From contig JAKAPK010000003.1 of assembly GCA_021807125.1 (NCBI GenBank), forward strand, positions 796-64,795: a stretch of DNA of 64,000 bases, read 5' to 3'. The translations under genes and the position numbers were made by a program. Source of the stretch: Nanobdellota archaeon (lineage in GTDB: Archaea; Nanobdellota; Nanobdellia; Parvarchaeales; Parvarchaeaceae). How positions within the stretch are numbered: position 1 is the first letter of the stretch; each line of letters begins with the position of its first letter. This document shows positions 9,513-18,695 of the stretch, piece after piece. The notes below the pieces were generated by a model. That model was given only the letters and a program-made list of their open reading frames with translations, was not told the origin of the DNA and made no database searches.

Positions 9513-10618
9513 ACTGCACTTTTATCCCCAAAATCGATTTTTGAGAGATTTATCATGTCGTTAAAATGATTTCCAGTAAATACTGCTAGCGCCATCGAAT
9601 CCCTGTAAAACCTCTCTATCTTAAAATCTTCTATATACCCATACCCTCCGTGCACCTGGAGTGCAAGAGACGACGCATTTAATACCATCTCGACTGCTTT
9701 AAGTTTTGCACGAAGCGCGTTCTTGATGTCTTCCGGTGATGTCGAATTATAGAGGTCGTTTTCCATCCTATCAATCTCGGAAATATAACTTTCCAGTGAA
9801 AACGCAATCGGCTGAAAGGATATAAGTTCGGACCCGAACGTTTTTCTTGTCTTTGCATAGTCGATGGCAGCGCTTACAGCTGCTTTTGCGATACCTATAG
9901 CAATTGCGGCTACTTCATAAGACGCATTGTTGTATGTCTTTCGTATCAAGTCAAGGCCATTCGTTGTCGAAAGAAAAACTGCGTCTTTCGTCGGAGAATC
10001 GAGAACAACCTTTGAAAACCGGATTCCTCTAAAGCCGAGGTGCGGATTGTCTGCGACGACAGACACTCCTTTATTTAAAAGTAAAATACCGTCTTCGGAT
10101 CCTTTTTTTACGGCTGCAATAAAGAAGTCAGCGCCCGGGTTTAGCACGTAATCCTGTTTGCCTTTTATTTTTAACGCACTGTTATCTCCCTTTACGGAGA
10201 GATTTTCATCGATTTCTAACTGCGGCGCCGCAATCGAGTTCTTTAGCACATCCTCGAACAAAACCGCCGCGGTGGCCTTATTAGCGGCGACTTTTTCAAG
10301 TATCTCCCTGCAAATGGTCTTGTCCAAATTCTTAATCAAGAGCTCTGAAAATATCGAATTGTTCAGAAATATCCAAAAAGCTACGGAAGGCGAGTAACCC
10401 GCGAACTCCTGCAGCATCAAGGCGTAACTTTTCTTATCCAGTCCGGAACCTCCGCAGTCCTGCGGTATATAAGCTCCCAAAAAACCGTTTTCAGCGAGCT
10501 TCTGCTTTATATCATCGCTTATACCCTTCCTTTCTATGTCAAGAGCGGATTTTACGAGATATTTCTCGCAGAAGTCCTTGACTGTGTTTCTTAAAACTTC
10601 CTGTTCCTCTGTTAACAT
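9506..10618 (-). CDS. acyl-CoA dehydrogenase family protein lacking the canonical C-terminal catalytic Glu
   Basis: ACAD architecture with C-terminal VHGGYGYIEDFKIERFYRDS. The usual (I/Y)YEGT catalytic-base motif is replaced by VFTGN. Confidence 0.8.
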   Translation of the reverse strand: MLTEEQEVLRNTVKDFCEKYLVKSALDIERKGISDDIKQKLAENGFLGAYIPQDCGGSGLDKKSYALMLQEFAGYSPSVAFWIFLNNSIFSELLIKNLDKTICREILEKVAANKATAAVLFEDVLKNSIAAPQLEIDENLSVKGDNSALKIKGKQDYVLNPGADFFIAAVKKGSEDGILLLNKGVSVVADNPHLGFRGIRFSKVVLDSPTKDAVFLSTTNGLDLIRKTYNNASYEVAAIAIGIAKAAVSAAIDYAKTRKTFGSELISFQPIAFSLESYISEIDRMENDLYNSTSPEDIKNALRAKLKAVEMVLNASSLALQVHGGYGYIEDFKIERFYRDSMALAVFTGNHFNDMINLSKIDFGDKSAVY

Positions 10619-10627
10619 ATTTGTCCC

Positions 10628-11746
10628 TTATTTTTTCATCAACATTCTTGATATGACAAGTTTTTCTATCTCGCTGGTGCCCTCCCATATCTCTGTTATC
10701 TTTGAGTCTCTGTAAAATCTTTCCATGTCGGTGGCTATGCCGTCGAGACCCATGAACAACATCACGGAGCGGGTGGCTTTTGCTGCGACTGACGCAGAAT
10801 AGTACTTTGCCATACTCGTTATTACTGGATCGGGTTCAAACTTGAAAAGTTTATCCGCAGCCATGTACATCAACATCCTTGCGGCTTCTATTTCAGTTGC
10901 TGTTTCGGAAAGAAGAAACTGGGCGCTTTCATAATCTGCCATCGGCGACCCTCTGCTTTTTAACGCCGCTAAATAAGCTTTTAGCCTGTCGAGAGCCCCT
11001 TCTGCGGTGCCCAAGGCCTGAGCTGCAACGTATATTCTGCTTATGTTGAAGAAAGACATAACGTAATAGAATCCCTTCCCCTCTTCGCCGATTATATTTT
11101 CTTGAGGTATTTCTATATTGTCAAATTTAAGTTCCGCTGTGCTCGTGGCTCTCATACCGAGCTTACCAGTTATTTTTGTTGACGAAAATCCTTTCATTTC
11201 GGATTCGACTATCGCCATGCTTAGTCCGTGATGTCTTTTCTCGGGTGAATCCGGTTCCGCGGATCTTGCTAGAACATAAAAGTGATTGGCTATGGTGCCG
11301 TTCGTTATGAACATTTTCCCTCCGTTCAGTATCCACTTACCGTCCTTCTTATACAACTTTGTAGATATTCCTGCTACATCGCTTCCAGCTATCGGCTCTG
11401 TCACCGCAAAACCACTTATCTTTTCGCCCTTTAACACTGGCTCCAGATACTTTTTTTTCTGATAATCTGAGCCGTAGAGCATTATCACCTCAGAACCGAA
11501 ACCGGGAACCAAAGCCGACATCCCCACTCCCGGATCTACGCGGCAGAACTCTTCCATCGAAACCAACATACCCCATGGGTTGCCCACATCGATGAACCCC
11601 GCGTTATACGCCTTCTTTCTTATATCGTCCGGATAAGTTTCTGTAGCGTCGCACGTCAAAGTCAATTCCTGTGTGAACTCCTTGACGGCAAAATCCCTCG
11701 CCTTTTTCCTTATATCTTCAATTTCTTTCGGCAAAGAAAAATCCAT
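10628..11746 (-). CDS. acyl-CoA dehydrogenase (canonical)
   Basis: Motifs FAVTEPIAGSDVAG, FITNG and ERFYRDSKITEIWEGTSEI (catalytic Glu present). The ATG at 11746 is 1 nt after the thiolase stop (TAA A ATG). The ORF track start at 11761 is less likely. Confidence 0.9.
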   Translation of the reverse strand: MDFSLPKEIEDIRKKARDFAVKEFTQELTLTCDATETYPDDIRKKAYNAGFIDVGNPWGMLVSMEEFCRVDPGVGMSALVPGFGSEVIMLYGSDYQKKKYLEPVLKGEKISGFAVTEPIAGSDVAGISTKLYKKDGKWILNGGKMFITNGTIANHFYVLARSAEPDSPEKRHHGLSMAIVESEMKGFSSTKITGKLGMRATSTAELKFDNIEIPQENIIGEEGKGFYYVMSFFNISRIYVAAQALGTAEGALDRLKAYLAALKSRGSPMADYESAQFLLSETATEIEAARMLMYMAADKLFKFEPDPVITSMAKYYSASVAAKATRSVMLFMGLDGIATDMERFYRDSKITEIWEGTSEIEKLVISRMLMKK

Positions 11747-11747
11747 T

Positions 11748-12929
11748 TTAAGTCTTTTCAAGGACTATCGAAAATCCCTGGCCCCCTCCTACGCACAGTG
11801 TCGCTACTCCAAGCTTCTTTTTATTGTCGTTAAGTATCCTTGAGAGAGTTCCAACGAGCCTTGCGCCGCTTGCGCCCAAAGGATGTCCTATCGATATGGC
11901 GCCGCCGTGTACGTTTACTAAATCCGGTTTGATGCCGAGCTCCTTAATAGCATACAGTGCGACTACGGCAAAAGCTTCGTTTATCTCCCAGTAATCGATG
12001 TCATCGACTTTTAATCCTGCTTTTTCGAGCGCTTTTTTGCTGGCGGGCACCGGGCCTTTTCCCATAACTTCAGGATCTACTCCTGCCCAACCCATAGAGC
12101 GTATCTTGGCCAATGGTTTGAATCCGTATTTCTTTATTCCGTTTTCCGACATTAACATTACGAGTGATGCGCCAGCATTAAGAGGTGAAGAATTTCCAAC
12201 GGTTATGACGCCGCCTTGCTTAAAAGCCGGAGGCAGCCCCTTTATCTGTTCAAGAGTTGTATCGGACCGGATGCTCTGATCATTTTCTATAGTGGTTTTT
12301 TGCCCGTTATATTCTACATCTATAGGGAGTATCTCTTCCTTAAACCAGCCATCCTTCTGCGCTTTGGATGAAAGTATATGACTTCGAAGGGAAAACTCAT
12401 CCATAGAATCTTTTGTTATTCCACTCTCCTCTGCGAGTCTTTCCGCGGTCAACCCCATATTATAACCTATATTCATCTTGTACTTTGCATATTCCGGCCT
12501 AACTAGAAGTTTATAACTCGGCAAAATGAAAGGGTTATCATTTATCGGCACATGCGTCATATGTTCCATGCCACCGGCCAACACTATGTCGGAATTTCCC
12601 GTCATTATCTCCATTGCGCCTGTTGCTATTGACATCATTGATGATGAACATGCTCTGTCCATTCCGACTCCTGGAACGGTTGTAGGCAGGCCTGCCAGCA
12701 GTACTGGATGTCTACCTCCATAAAGCCAGTTTTCGCCCGACTGAAATGCACAACCAGTTATGACGTCGCCTATCTCATTGGCGTCGATTGGTTTTCTCCT
12801 CAATAATTCTTTTATAAGCATCGCCAAAGCGTCGTCCATCCTTATGGAATTGAAAACGTCCCTTTCTGGTTCCTTTGGCCTTGACCTAGAGAACGCAGTT
12901 CTTGCATAGTCCACTATATACGCTTCCAT
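11748..12929 (-). CDS. acetyl-CoA C-acyltransferase (thiolase)
   Basis: Active-site contexts [16 protein letters not shown] and [25 protein letters not shown]. Start is 1 nt after the HAD/ECH stop. Confidence 0.92.
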   Translation of the reverse strand: MEAYIVDYARTAFSRSRPKEPERDVFNSIRMDDALAMLIKELLRRKPIDANEIGDVITGCAFQSGENWLYGGRHPVLLAGLPTTVPGVGMDRACSSSMMSIATGAMEIMTGNSDIVLAGGMEHMTHVPINDNPFILPSYKLLVRPEYAKYKMNIGYNMGLTAERLAEESGITKDSMDEFSLRSHILSSKAQKDGWFKEEILPIDVEYNGQKTTIENDQSIRSDTTLEQIKGLPPAFKQGGVITVGNSSPLNAGASLVMLMSENGIKKYGFKPLAKIRSMGWAGVDPEVMGKGPVPASKKALEKAGLKVDDIDYWEINEAFAVVALYAIKELGIKPDLVNVHGGAISIGHPLGASGARLVGTLSRILNDNKKKLGVATLCVGGGQGFSIVLEKT

Positions 12930-12930
12930 G

Positions 12931-14901
12931 TCACCTGCCTTTGAATTCCGGCTTCTTTTTCTGCATAAAGGATGATAAGCCTTCTCTTAAGTCTTCCGTA
13001 TTGAAAATTATGCCGCTGGCTATCGATTCTAAATCGAGACCGGCTTCTAAGGATATCTCAACGCTCTTATTCACGAGAGTTTTTCCAAGCGCGGCTGCTA
13101 TCGGTGCTGAATTGATTGATATTTCCTTAGCGTACTGCATGGCGTTAGACACAATGTCAGAGTCGAATATCTTTGATATTAATCCGAAATCTGATGCTTC
13201 CTTTCCCGTTATTCTCTCACTTGTCAATACCAAACGAGATGCATACGAACCGCCTATAAGTTTGGCAATTCTCTGAGAACCGCCCCATGCAGGAATCAAA
13301 CCATGCGTGACTTCAGGGAAACCCATCACCACCGAACTGGTCGCCACTCTCAAGTCGCATGCGAGTGAAAGCTCAAAACCACCGCCAAGTGCGTAACCCT
13401 CCATGACTGCGATCGTTATCTTTGGTATTTCGGACAGTTTCTTGAATGTATTCTGTCCTTTTTTGGAGAATGCTATGAACTGAGCGTCGTTGGCGAAGTA
13501 ACTCGAAAGATCTGCGCCTGCGGAAAGGATCCCTCCCTCGCCCATTACCAACAAAACGTTTACGGATTGATCGCTCCACAGGCTTGCGATTGCCCTATCA
13601 AGCTCATCCAAAACGTCTAAGTTTATTAGATTTAGTTTTGGTCTGTTTATTAATAGTCTGGCGACTTTCTCGTTTCTTTCGATAGTCACATACTTGAAGC
13701 CAGACTGTTTTTCTCCTGACGGAGTCTCGGATTCCTTATGCAGCCCGCCATCGATAGCATAAAGCATCTTGCCTTGTGATATACTAACCGATGGCTTGAA
13801 AACATCACAGTCGAATCTCTTTGCGAGCTCGTCCAATTTTTCCTTAACTTCAGAATTTGTTAGGCTTTTAGCAACTGATATCGGTCCAAACGGCCTATTC
13901 ATGCCTAACTTTACCGCCGTCTCTATCTCATCAGGAGTTGCGATATTCTCTTCTAGCAGCTTTACCGCTTCATTTATCTCGACTGAGAATAGATCCATAA
14001 GAGACAATTTGTCGGTAGGGTTGGCTGAAGTCAGTATCGCAGGCCTGCCCTTGGTCCAATCATAAAAACCTGCGCCACTTTTCTTGCCAAGAAGTTTTCT
14101 GCTTACCATATCAGAGTAAACCTTCACTTTTCCGTAGTCCGGCGATATCTCTTTCGCATAATAATCCAGTGAGTCTTTGACTATGTCCACGCCTACGAAA
14201 TCTATCAGCTCATACGGGCCCATAACCATACCCTGGCCTTTGGCAAAAGCATCGACCTCCTCTGGTTTTGCGATACCTTTGTCTATTATCAGCCCGAAAA
14301 GCAGGAGATCGGCCGCATTTATCCTGTTTACTATGAAACCAGGAGTATCTTTCTTAACGCTTACCGGCGTCTTTCCTGTACGCTTTATAAGTTCAGACGC
14401 TATTTCGAAGGTCTTATCGTTTGTCTTTTCTCCTCTGACCACTTCTACGAGTTTCATAATAACGGCTGGATTGAAAAAATGGGTTCCTATCGCTCTTTCA
14501 GGATGTTTCATCGCGGACGCTATCTGAGTTATGCGGATGTTCGACGTGTTCGAGCTTATTACTGTATCGTCCTTTATGAAATTTTCGGCTTGTGTAAATA
14601 TTTTACTCTTAAGGTCAAGATTCTCTGGGACGGCCTCAACTACAAAATCGACGTCTTTAAGACCGGACTGCATGTCAGTGAATGTCTTCATTCTTGCGTA
14701 AGATTCTTTCGCCTGTTGGTCGGTCATCTTGCCTTTCTCCGCAAGTTTATTGATGCTCTGTAAAACGTTTGACATCGCGGAATCAAGTGTGGTCTGTTTT
14801 AAATCTATAAGGTTTACATAAAATCCAGATATTGCAAAAACCTCAGCTATACCGTGACCCATCTCGCCGGCACCTATTACGGCTATTTTTTTTATGTCCA
14901 T
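12931..14901 (-). CDS. bifunctional 3-hydroxyacyl-CoA dehydrogenase / enoyl-CoA hydratase (archaeal domain order, HAD N-terminal and ECH C-terminal)
   Basis: N-terminal Rossmann motif IAVIGAGEMGHGIA with HFFNP and PGFIVNR. C-terminal crotonase motifs ILSAGADLS and GYALGGGFELSLACD. Confidence 0.92.
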   Translation of the reverse strand: MDIKKIAVIGAGEMGHGIAEVFAISGFYVNLIDLKQTTLDSAMSNVLQSINKLAEKGKMTDQQAKESYARMKTFTDMQSGLKDVDFVVEAVPENLDLKSKIFTQAENFIKDDTVISSNTSNIRITQIASAMKHPERAIGTHFFNPAVIMKLVEVVRGEKTNDKTFEIASELIKRTGKTPVSVKKDTPGFIVNRINAADLLLFGLIIDKGIAKPEEVDAFAKGQGMVMGPYELIDFVGVDIVKDSLDYYAKEISPDYGKVKVYSDMVSRKLLGKKSGAGFYDWTKGRPAILTSANPTDKLSLMDLFSVEINEAVKLLEENIATPDEIETAVKLGMNRPFGPISVAKSLTNSEVKEKLDELAKRFDCDVFKPSVSISQGKMLYAIDGGLHKESETPSGEKQSGFKYVTIERNEKVARLLINRPKLNLINLDVLDELDRAIASLWSDQSVNVLLVMGEGGILSAGADLSSYFANDAQFIAFSKKGQNTFKKLSEIPKITIAVMEGYALGGGFELSLACDLRVATSSVVMGFPEVTHGLIPAWGGSQRIAKLIGGSYASRLVLTSERITGKEASDFGLISKIFDSDIVSNAMQYAKEISINSAPIAAALGKTLVNKSVEISLEAGLDLESIASGIIFNTEDLREGLSSFMQKKKPEFKGR

Positions 14902-14904
14902 TGT

Positions 14905-15243
14905 TCACTGGGCGCGCTTAAGTAATGAAACCAGCTTTTGTGCGGAAGATAGATCGCCCGAAACTTTAAGTTTCCTAAACAAGAATGCCTTCATACTGTC
15001 TAATTTTCCTGTGAAAACGTCCCCGAATGTCGCGTCATCTGCGGTAAAAACGTTCTTAGCATCCTGTATTTCACCGTCGTTTAACGCTATAGAGCCGTCT
15101 GCATTAAATTCTAAGTAGTATGGCTGCGAATCCGAAGGTTTGAACTGAAATTTGGTAGCGCTCCATGCTTTCCCATCGTTCTTAAGTTCGTCCATTGAAT
15201 TAAATTTGTCAACAATGCCCTTTAACGCGTCTTTCGATGTCAT
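14905..15243 (-). CDS. SCP2 (sterol carrier protein 2-like) lipid-binding protein
   Basis: 112 aa. FQFKPSD..YYLEFNADG..FTADDATFGDVFTGKLDSMKAFLFRKLKVSGDLSSAQKL fits the SCP2 domain consensus. Confidence 0.8.
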   Translation of the reverse strand: MTSKDALKGIVDKFNSMDELKNDGKAWSATKFQFKPSDSQPYYLEFNADGSIALNDGEIQDAKNVFTADDATFGDVFTGKLDSMKAFLFRKLKVSGDLSSAQKLVSLLKRAQ

Positions 15244-15369
15244 AACTATAATTAAAGTTGCGTATTAATAAATATATCGTCGCAAAAAATTGCGGGTTGA
15301 TTCTGCGGCTATTACTTAATCAAGAGTTTAAGTAGGCTGTCACATGCGGAAAATTTCCGTTATCTGGAA

Positions 15370-16989
15370 TTATTTACTTTCTGGTTTGCTATATTCTTCT
15401 CTTAGCTCTTTTTTATCGACTTTGCCAGTGCTTGTCTTCGGCATCGAATCAACGAATATTACTCTGTCCGGTATCCACCATTTCTGAATTCTGTCGATAC
15501 CGATAAATTTCTGAAGGTGATCAAGCACGTCCTTTTCTGTGAGTTCACCTTTTTTGACTATAAGGGCTATCGGTCTTTCTCCCCACTTCTCATTTGGTAC
15601 GCCTATGACGGCGACTTCGCCGACGTTTGGGTGCCTGCTTATTACATCCTCGATGATTATAGTAGGTATAAACTCGCCGCCGCTTTTTACGGCGTCTTTC
15701 TCCCTGTCAACTATGTGCAGGTATCCGTATTCATCTATCACTCCTAAGTCACCGGTATGCAGCCAACCACCATCCCACAGTGCTGCGGTATTTTCCGAGT
15801 CATTATAATATCCTTGTGTGAACCACGGCGCCCTTGCTATTACTTCGCCTATGCTTTTACCGTCATGAGGAACTTCCTTTTTCTCTTTGTCTATGACTTT
15901 TACATCAACCATCGGTATCGGCAACCCTGCACTCAATAAGAGTCCAAATTTCTTTTCATCGTCCAATTTATTGGCCTTATCATTCAACGAAGCTATCGAT
16001 ATGACTGGACCAGTCTCAGACATTCCATAGCCGCCGAGAGTCAATATCCCGAACTGCTTGGCTCTCAATGCAAGTCCTTCCGGGAGGGCAGATCCGCCTA
16101 TTATCACTTTCCAGTTTTTCAAGTACTCTTTATATTCCTCTATTTTAGGCGAGTTAAGTATCATATAAAGAATAGAAGGCACCATCGCAGAAAATGTTAC
16201 TCCTTCGTTCTTTATCAGTTCCAGAAAAACGTTTACATCATATCTTCCCGCTAAGATGTATTTATTGCCGGATATAAGACCAGCGTAGGGCATTCCCCAC
16301 TGATGAACGTGAAACAACGGTACAGCAGTCATAAAAACGTCCTTATCCGAAAGGTTAAGCGGCGGCGCTTTCACAGCGTTCGAAACAGACAAAGTGTGAA
16401 GGACAAGATCCCGGTGGGTAAATGTGACTCCCTTCGGCATGCCTGTAGTACCCGAGGTATAAAATACTGTAGCGGTCGAATTCTCGTCTACATCTGGAAG
16501 CTCGTAGTCCGGCTTCTTTATAAGTTCATCATAATTATATGAGGGGCCTAGTGAGGTTTCTATCTTGCCGTGATCTTCTCTATAAACTATCCATCCTTTG
16601 ACAAAATCAAAAAGCTCCTTGTTCTTTTCTATTAGCGGCACGAACTCATCGCGGACTATAACATATTTATCACCGGCATTCTGCATCGTGTAATATATCA
16701 GTTCTGGCGGGTATCTTATATTTACGGTATGCAGGACAGCGCCCATCATAGGTACGGAAAAATATGCTTCCATGTATCTGTTCGTATCCCAGTCTAAAAC
16801 CGACACGATGTCCCCGGCCTTTACGCCTATCTCTTTTAAGCCTGCTGAAAGTCCCTTAGTCCTTTCAAAGAATTTCTTAAATGTGTACCTTTCCTTATCC
16901 GCGTATAATATTTCTCTATCGGCAAACCTGTCTGCCGTATTTATAAAAAGGTTTTTAAGATTGAGTTTGCGTCCTGGCCTCTCATCCAT
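15370..16989 (-). CDS. fatty-acid--CoA ligase (AMP-dependent synthetase/ligase)
   Basis: AMP-binding motif TVFYTSGTTGMPKGV, plus GYGMSETG, WLHTGDLG and the C-terminal GKVDKKELRE. Confidence 0.92.
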   Translation of the reverse strand: MDERPGRKLNLKNLFINTADRFADREILYADKERYTFKKFFERTKGLSAGLKEIGVKAGDIVSVLDWDTNRYMEAYFSVPMMGAVLHTVNIRYPPELIYYTMQNAGDKYVIVRDEFVPLIEKNKELFDFVKGWIVYREDHGKIETSLGPSYNYDELIKKPDYELPDVDENSTATVFYTSGTTGMPKGVTFTHRDLVLHTLSVSNAVKAPPLNLSDKDVFMTAVPLFHVHQWGMPYAGLISGNKYILAGRYDVNVFLELIKNEGVTFSAMVPSILYMILNSPKIEEYKEYLKNWKVIIGGSALPEGLALRAKQFGILTLGGYGMSETGPVISIASLNDKANKLDDEKKFGLLLSAGLPIPMVDVKVIDKEKKEVPHDGKSIGEVIARAPWFTQGYYNDSENTAALWDGGWLHTGDLGVIDEYGYLHIVDREKDAVKSGGEFIPTIIIEDVISRHPNVGEVAVIGVPNEKWGERPIALIVKKGELTEKDVLDHLQKFIGIDRIQKWWIPDRVIFVDSMPKTSTGKVDKKELREEYSKPESK

Positions 16990-17063
16990 ACTTGGTTATG
17001 TATATCATATTATAAAAAGATTGATGGTATCATAAAGATATAATCAAACTATTGGGTATTACG

Positions 17064-17804
17064 ATGGGTTACAACATAATTGTGTGCATAAAGCAGATAG
17101 CTAACGATATAGAGATAGATCCTCAGACTAGAGAGCCGGTGTTTTCTGACACAAAATATAGATTGGAAGACCTGAGCAGAAACGCGGTAGAAGAGGCAGT
17201 AAGAATAAAGGAAAAATACGGCGGCAAAGTAACTGGGATACTATTCGGCACCGAACAGTCAACCGTCGTAATGAAAGAAGCCATGGCTATGGGCGCGGAT
17301 GAGGGTATAATAGTGAAGGGCTTTAAGGAAAATTCTCCCGATTTTACCGCAAAGGTTCTTGCAGAAAGGATAAAACGAATACAGTACGATATTATAATTA
17401 TCGGGTATGCATCAGCAGACAGTTATACAGCACAGGTGCCAGGTGCACTTTCGATTCTTCTCGGCATACCACTTTTAGGTAGCGCAATAAAAACCGAAAT
17501 AGCCGATAATAAAGTAAGGATAACTAGAGAATCGGACGATTTCGACATAGTCGAATCCGCTAGCATGCCATTGCTTGTATCGGTTACGCAGGAAGCAAAC
17601 GAGCCGAGGTTGCCGTTATTAATACAAGTAATGGCGGCGGCAAAGAAACCTATGTCGATAGAGGAGACGGCACTTAAATATGATGGTATCGACAAAATCA
17701 TTGGAAATAAGGCCCCTGAGAGCGGAAGAAAACATATCATATATGAAGATGAGGGGAAAGGAATAGAAGAGATAGTCAAAATTATAAAGGGTGAAATTTC
17801 ATGA
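17064..17804 (+). CDS. etfB: electron transfer flavoprotein beta subunit
   Basis: NIIVCIKQIAN.., AVEEAVRIKEKYGG and DIIIIGYASADSYTAQVPG are typical EtfB. ATG at 17064 (ORF opens at TTG 17052). Overlaps etfA by 4 nt. Confidence 0.9.
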   Translation: MGYNIIVCIKQIANDIEIDPQTREPVFSDTKYRLEDLSRNAVEEAVRIKEKYGGKVTGILFGTEQSTVVMKEAMAMGADEGIIVKGFKENSPDFTAKVLAERIKRIQYDIIIIGYASADSYTAQVPGALSILLGIPLLGSAIKTEIADNKVRITRESDDFDIVESASMPLLVSVTQEANEPRLPLLIQVMAAAKKPMSIEETALKYDGIDKIIGNKAPESGRKHIIYEDEGKGIEEIVKIIKGEIS

Positions 17805-18694
17805 AAGCTCTATTGTTCTCCGACAGGCCACTGGTAACCGCCCAGATGTCATCATTGCTGTGTGATTATTTTGAGATTGGTTTTATGGCATATTCAAAGG
17901 ACTACGAAAGTCTCAAGGACTTTGGTGCAAAGGAAATAATCGTTATAAACGGAGAATACTCGCCTGCAGAGAGTTTAGCACGTGAGATAGTTTCGTACAT
18001 GAAAGAATATGACTATATATTCATAGGCGCAACTGTTCTCGGCCGTGAAGTAGGAGCAATGGCTGCGGCAATATCAGGCGCAGAAATGAAATCCGAAATA
18101 ATAGAGTTCGGAATAAAAGATGGAAAAACCACGACGAAAAGACTTTATTACGGAGGCAAAACGGTATTAGAAGAAGAATCAAACGCAAAGATATTCACCG
18201 TATCACAGGGTTTGAAGGAAACTAAAAAGATTGAATCTTCCCCAAAAAAAAATGAAATTGAACTAAAAACAAAATCTTCTGTAGAACTTGGAGAAAAAAT
18301 ACAGAAAGCTACTACCTCTACAGACATAACCAAAGCGGATATAATAGTAAGTATAGGACGCGGTCTGAGCAAGAAAGAGGATTTATCTATAATAACCGAT
18401 TTCGCTAGTGTAATGCACGCTGAGCTTGCTGGTTCCAGACCCATCTGCGCTGACTACCATTGGCTAGAAGAAGAAAGACAAGTAGGCCTATCCGGTAAAA
18501 AAGTAAATCCAAAACTTTACATAGCGATAGGCATATCCGGACAGATACAGCACATTGCTGGCATGCGCGGTTCCAAAACAGTGATAGCGATAAATAAGGA
18601 TAAGAGTGCGCCTATATTTTCTGAATGCGATTACGGCATCGTCGGCGACCTTTATAGTATTGTTCCAAAGCTTACGAAAATCCTTAGGGGCTGA
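17801..18694 (+). CDS. etfA: electron transfer flavoprotein alpha subunit
   Basis: C-terminal FAD-binding signature QVGLSGKKVNPKLYIAIGISGQIQHIAGMRGSKTVIAINKDKSAPIF. Confidence 0.9.
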   Translation: MKALLFSDRPLVTAQMSSLLCDYFEIGFMAYSKDYESLKDFGAKEIIVINGEYSPAESLAREIVSYMKEYDYIFIGATVLGREVGAMAAAISGAEMKSEIIEFGIKDGKTTTKRLYYGGKTVLEEESNAKIFTVSQGLKETKKIESSPKKNEIELKTKSSVELGEKIQKATTSTDITKADIIVSIGRGLSKKEDLSIITDFASVMHAELAGSRPICADYHWLEEERQVGLSGKKVNPKLYIAIGISGQIQHIAGMRGSKTVIAINKDKSAPIFSECDYGIVGDLYSIVPKLTKILRG

Positions 18695-18695
18695 C

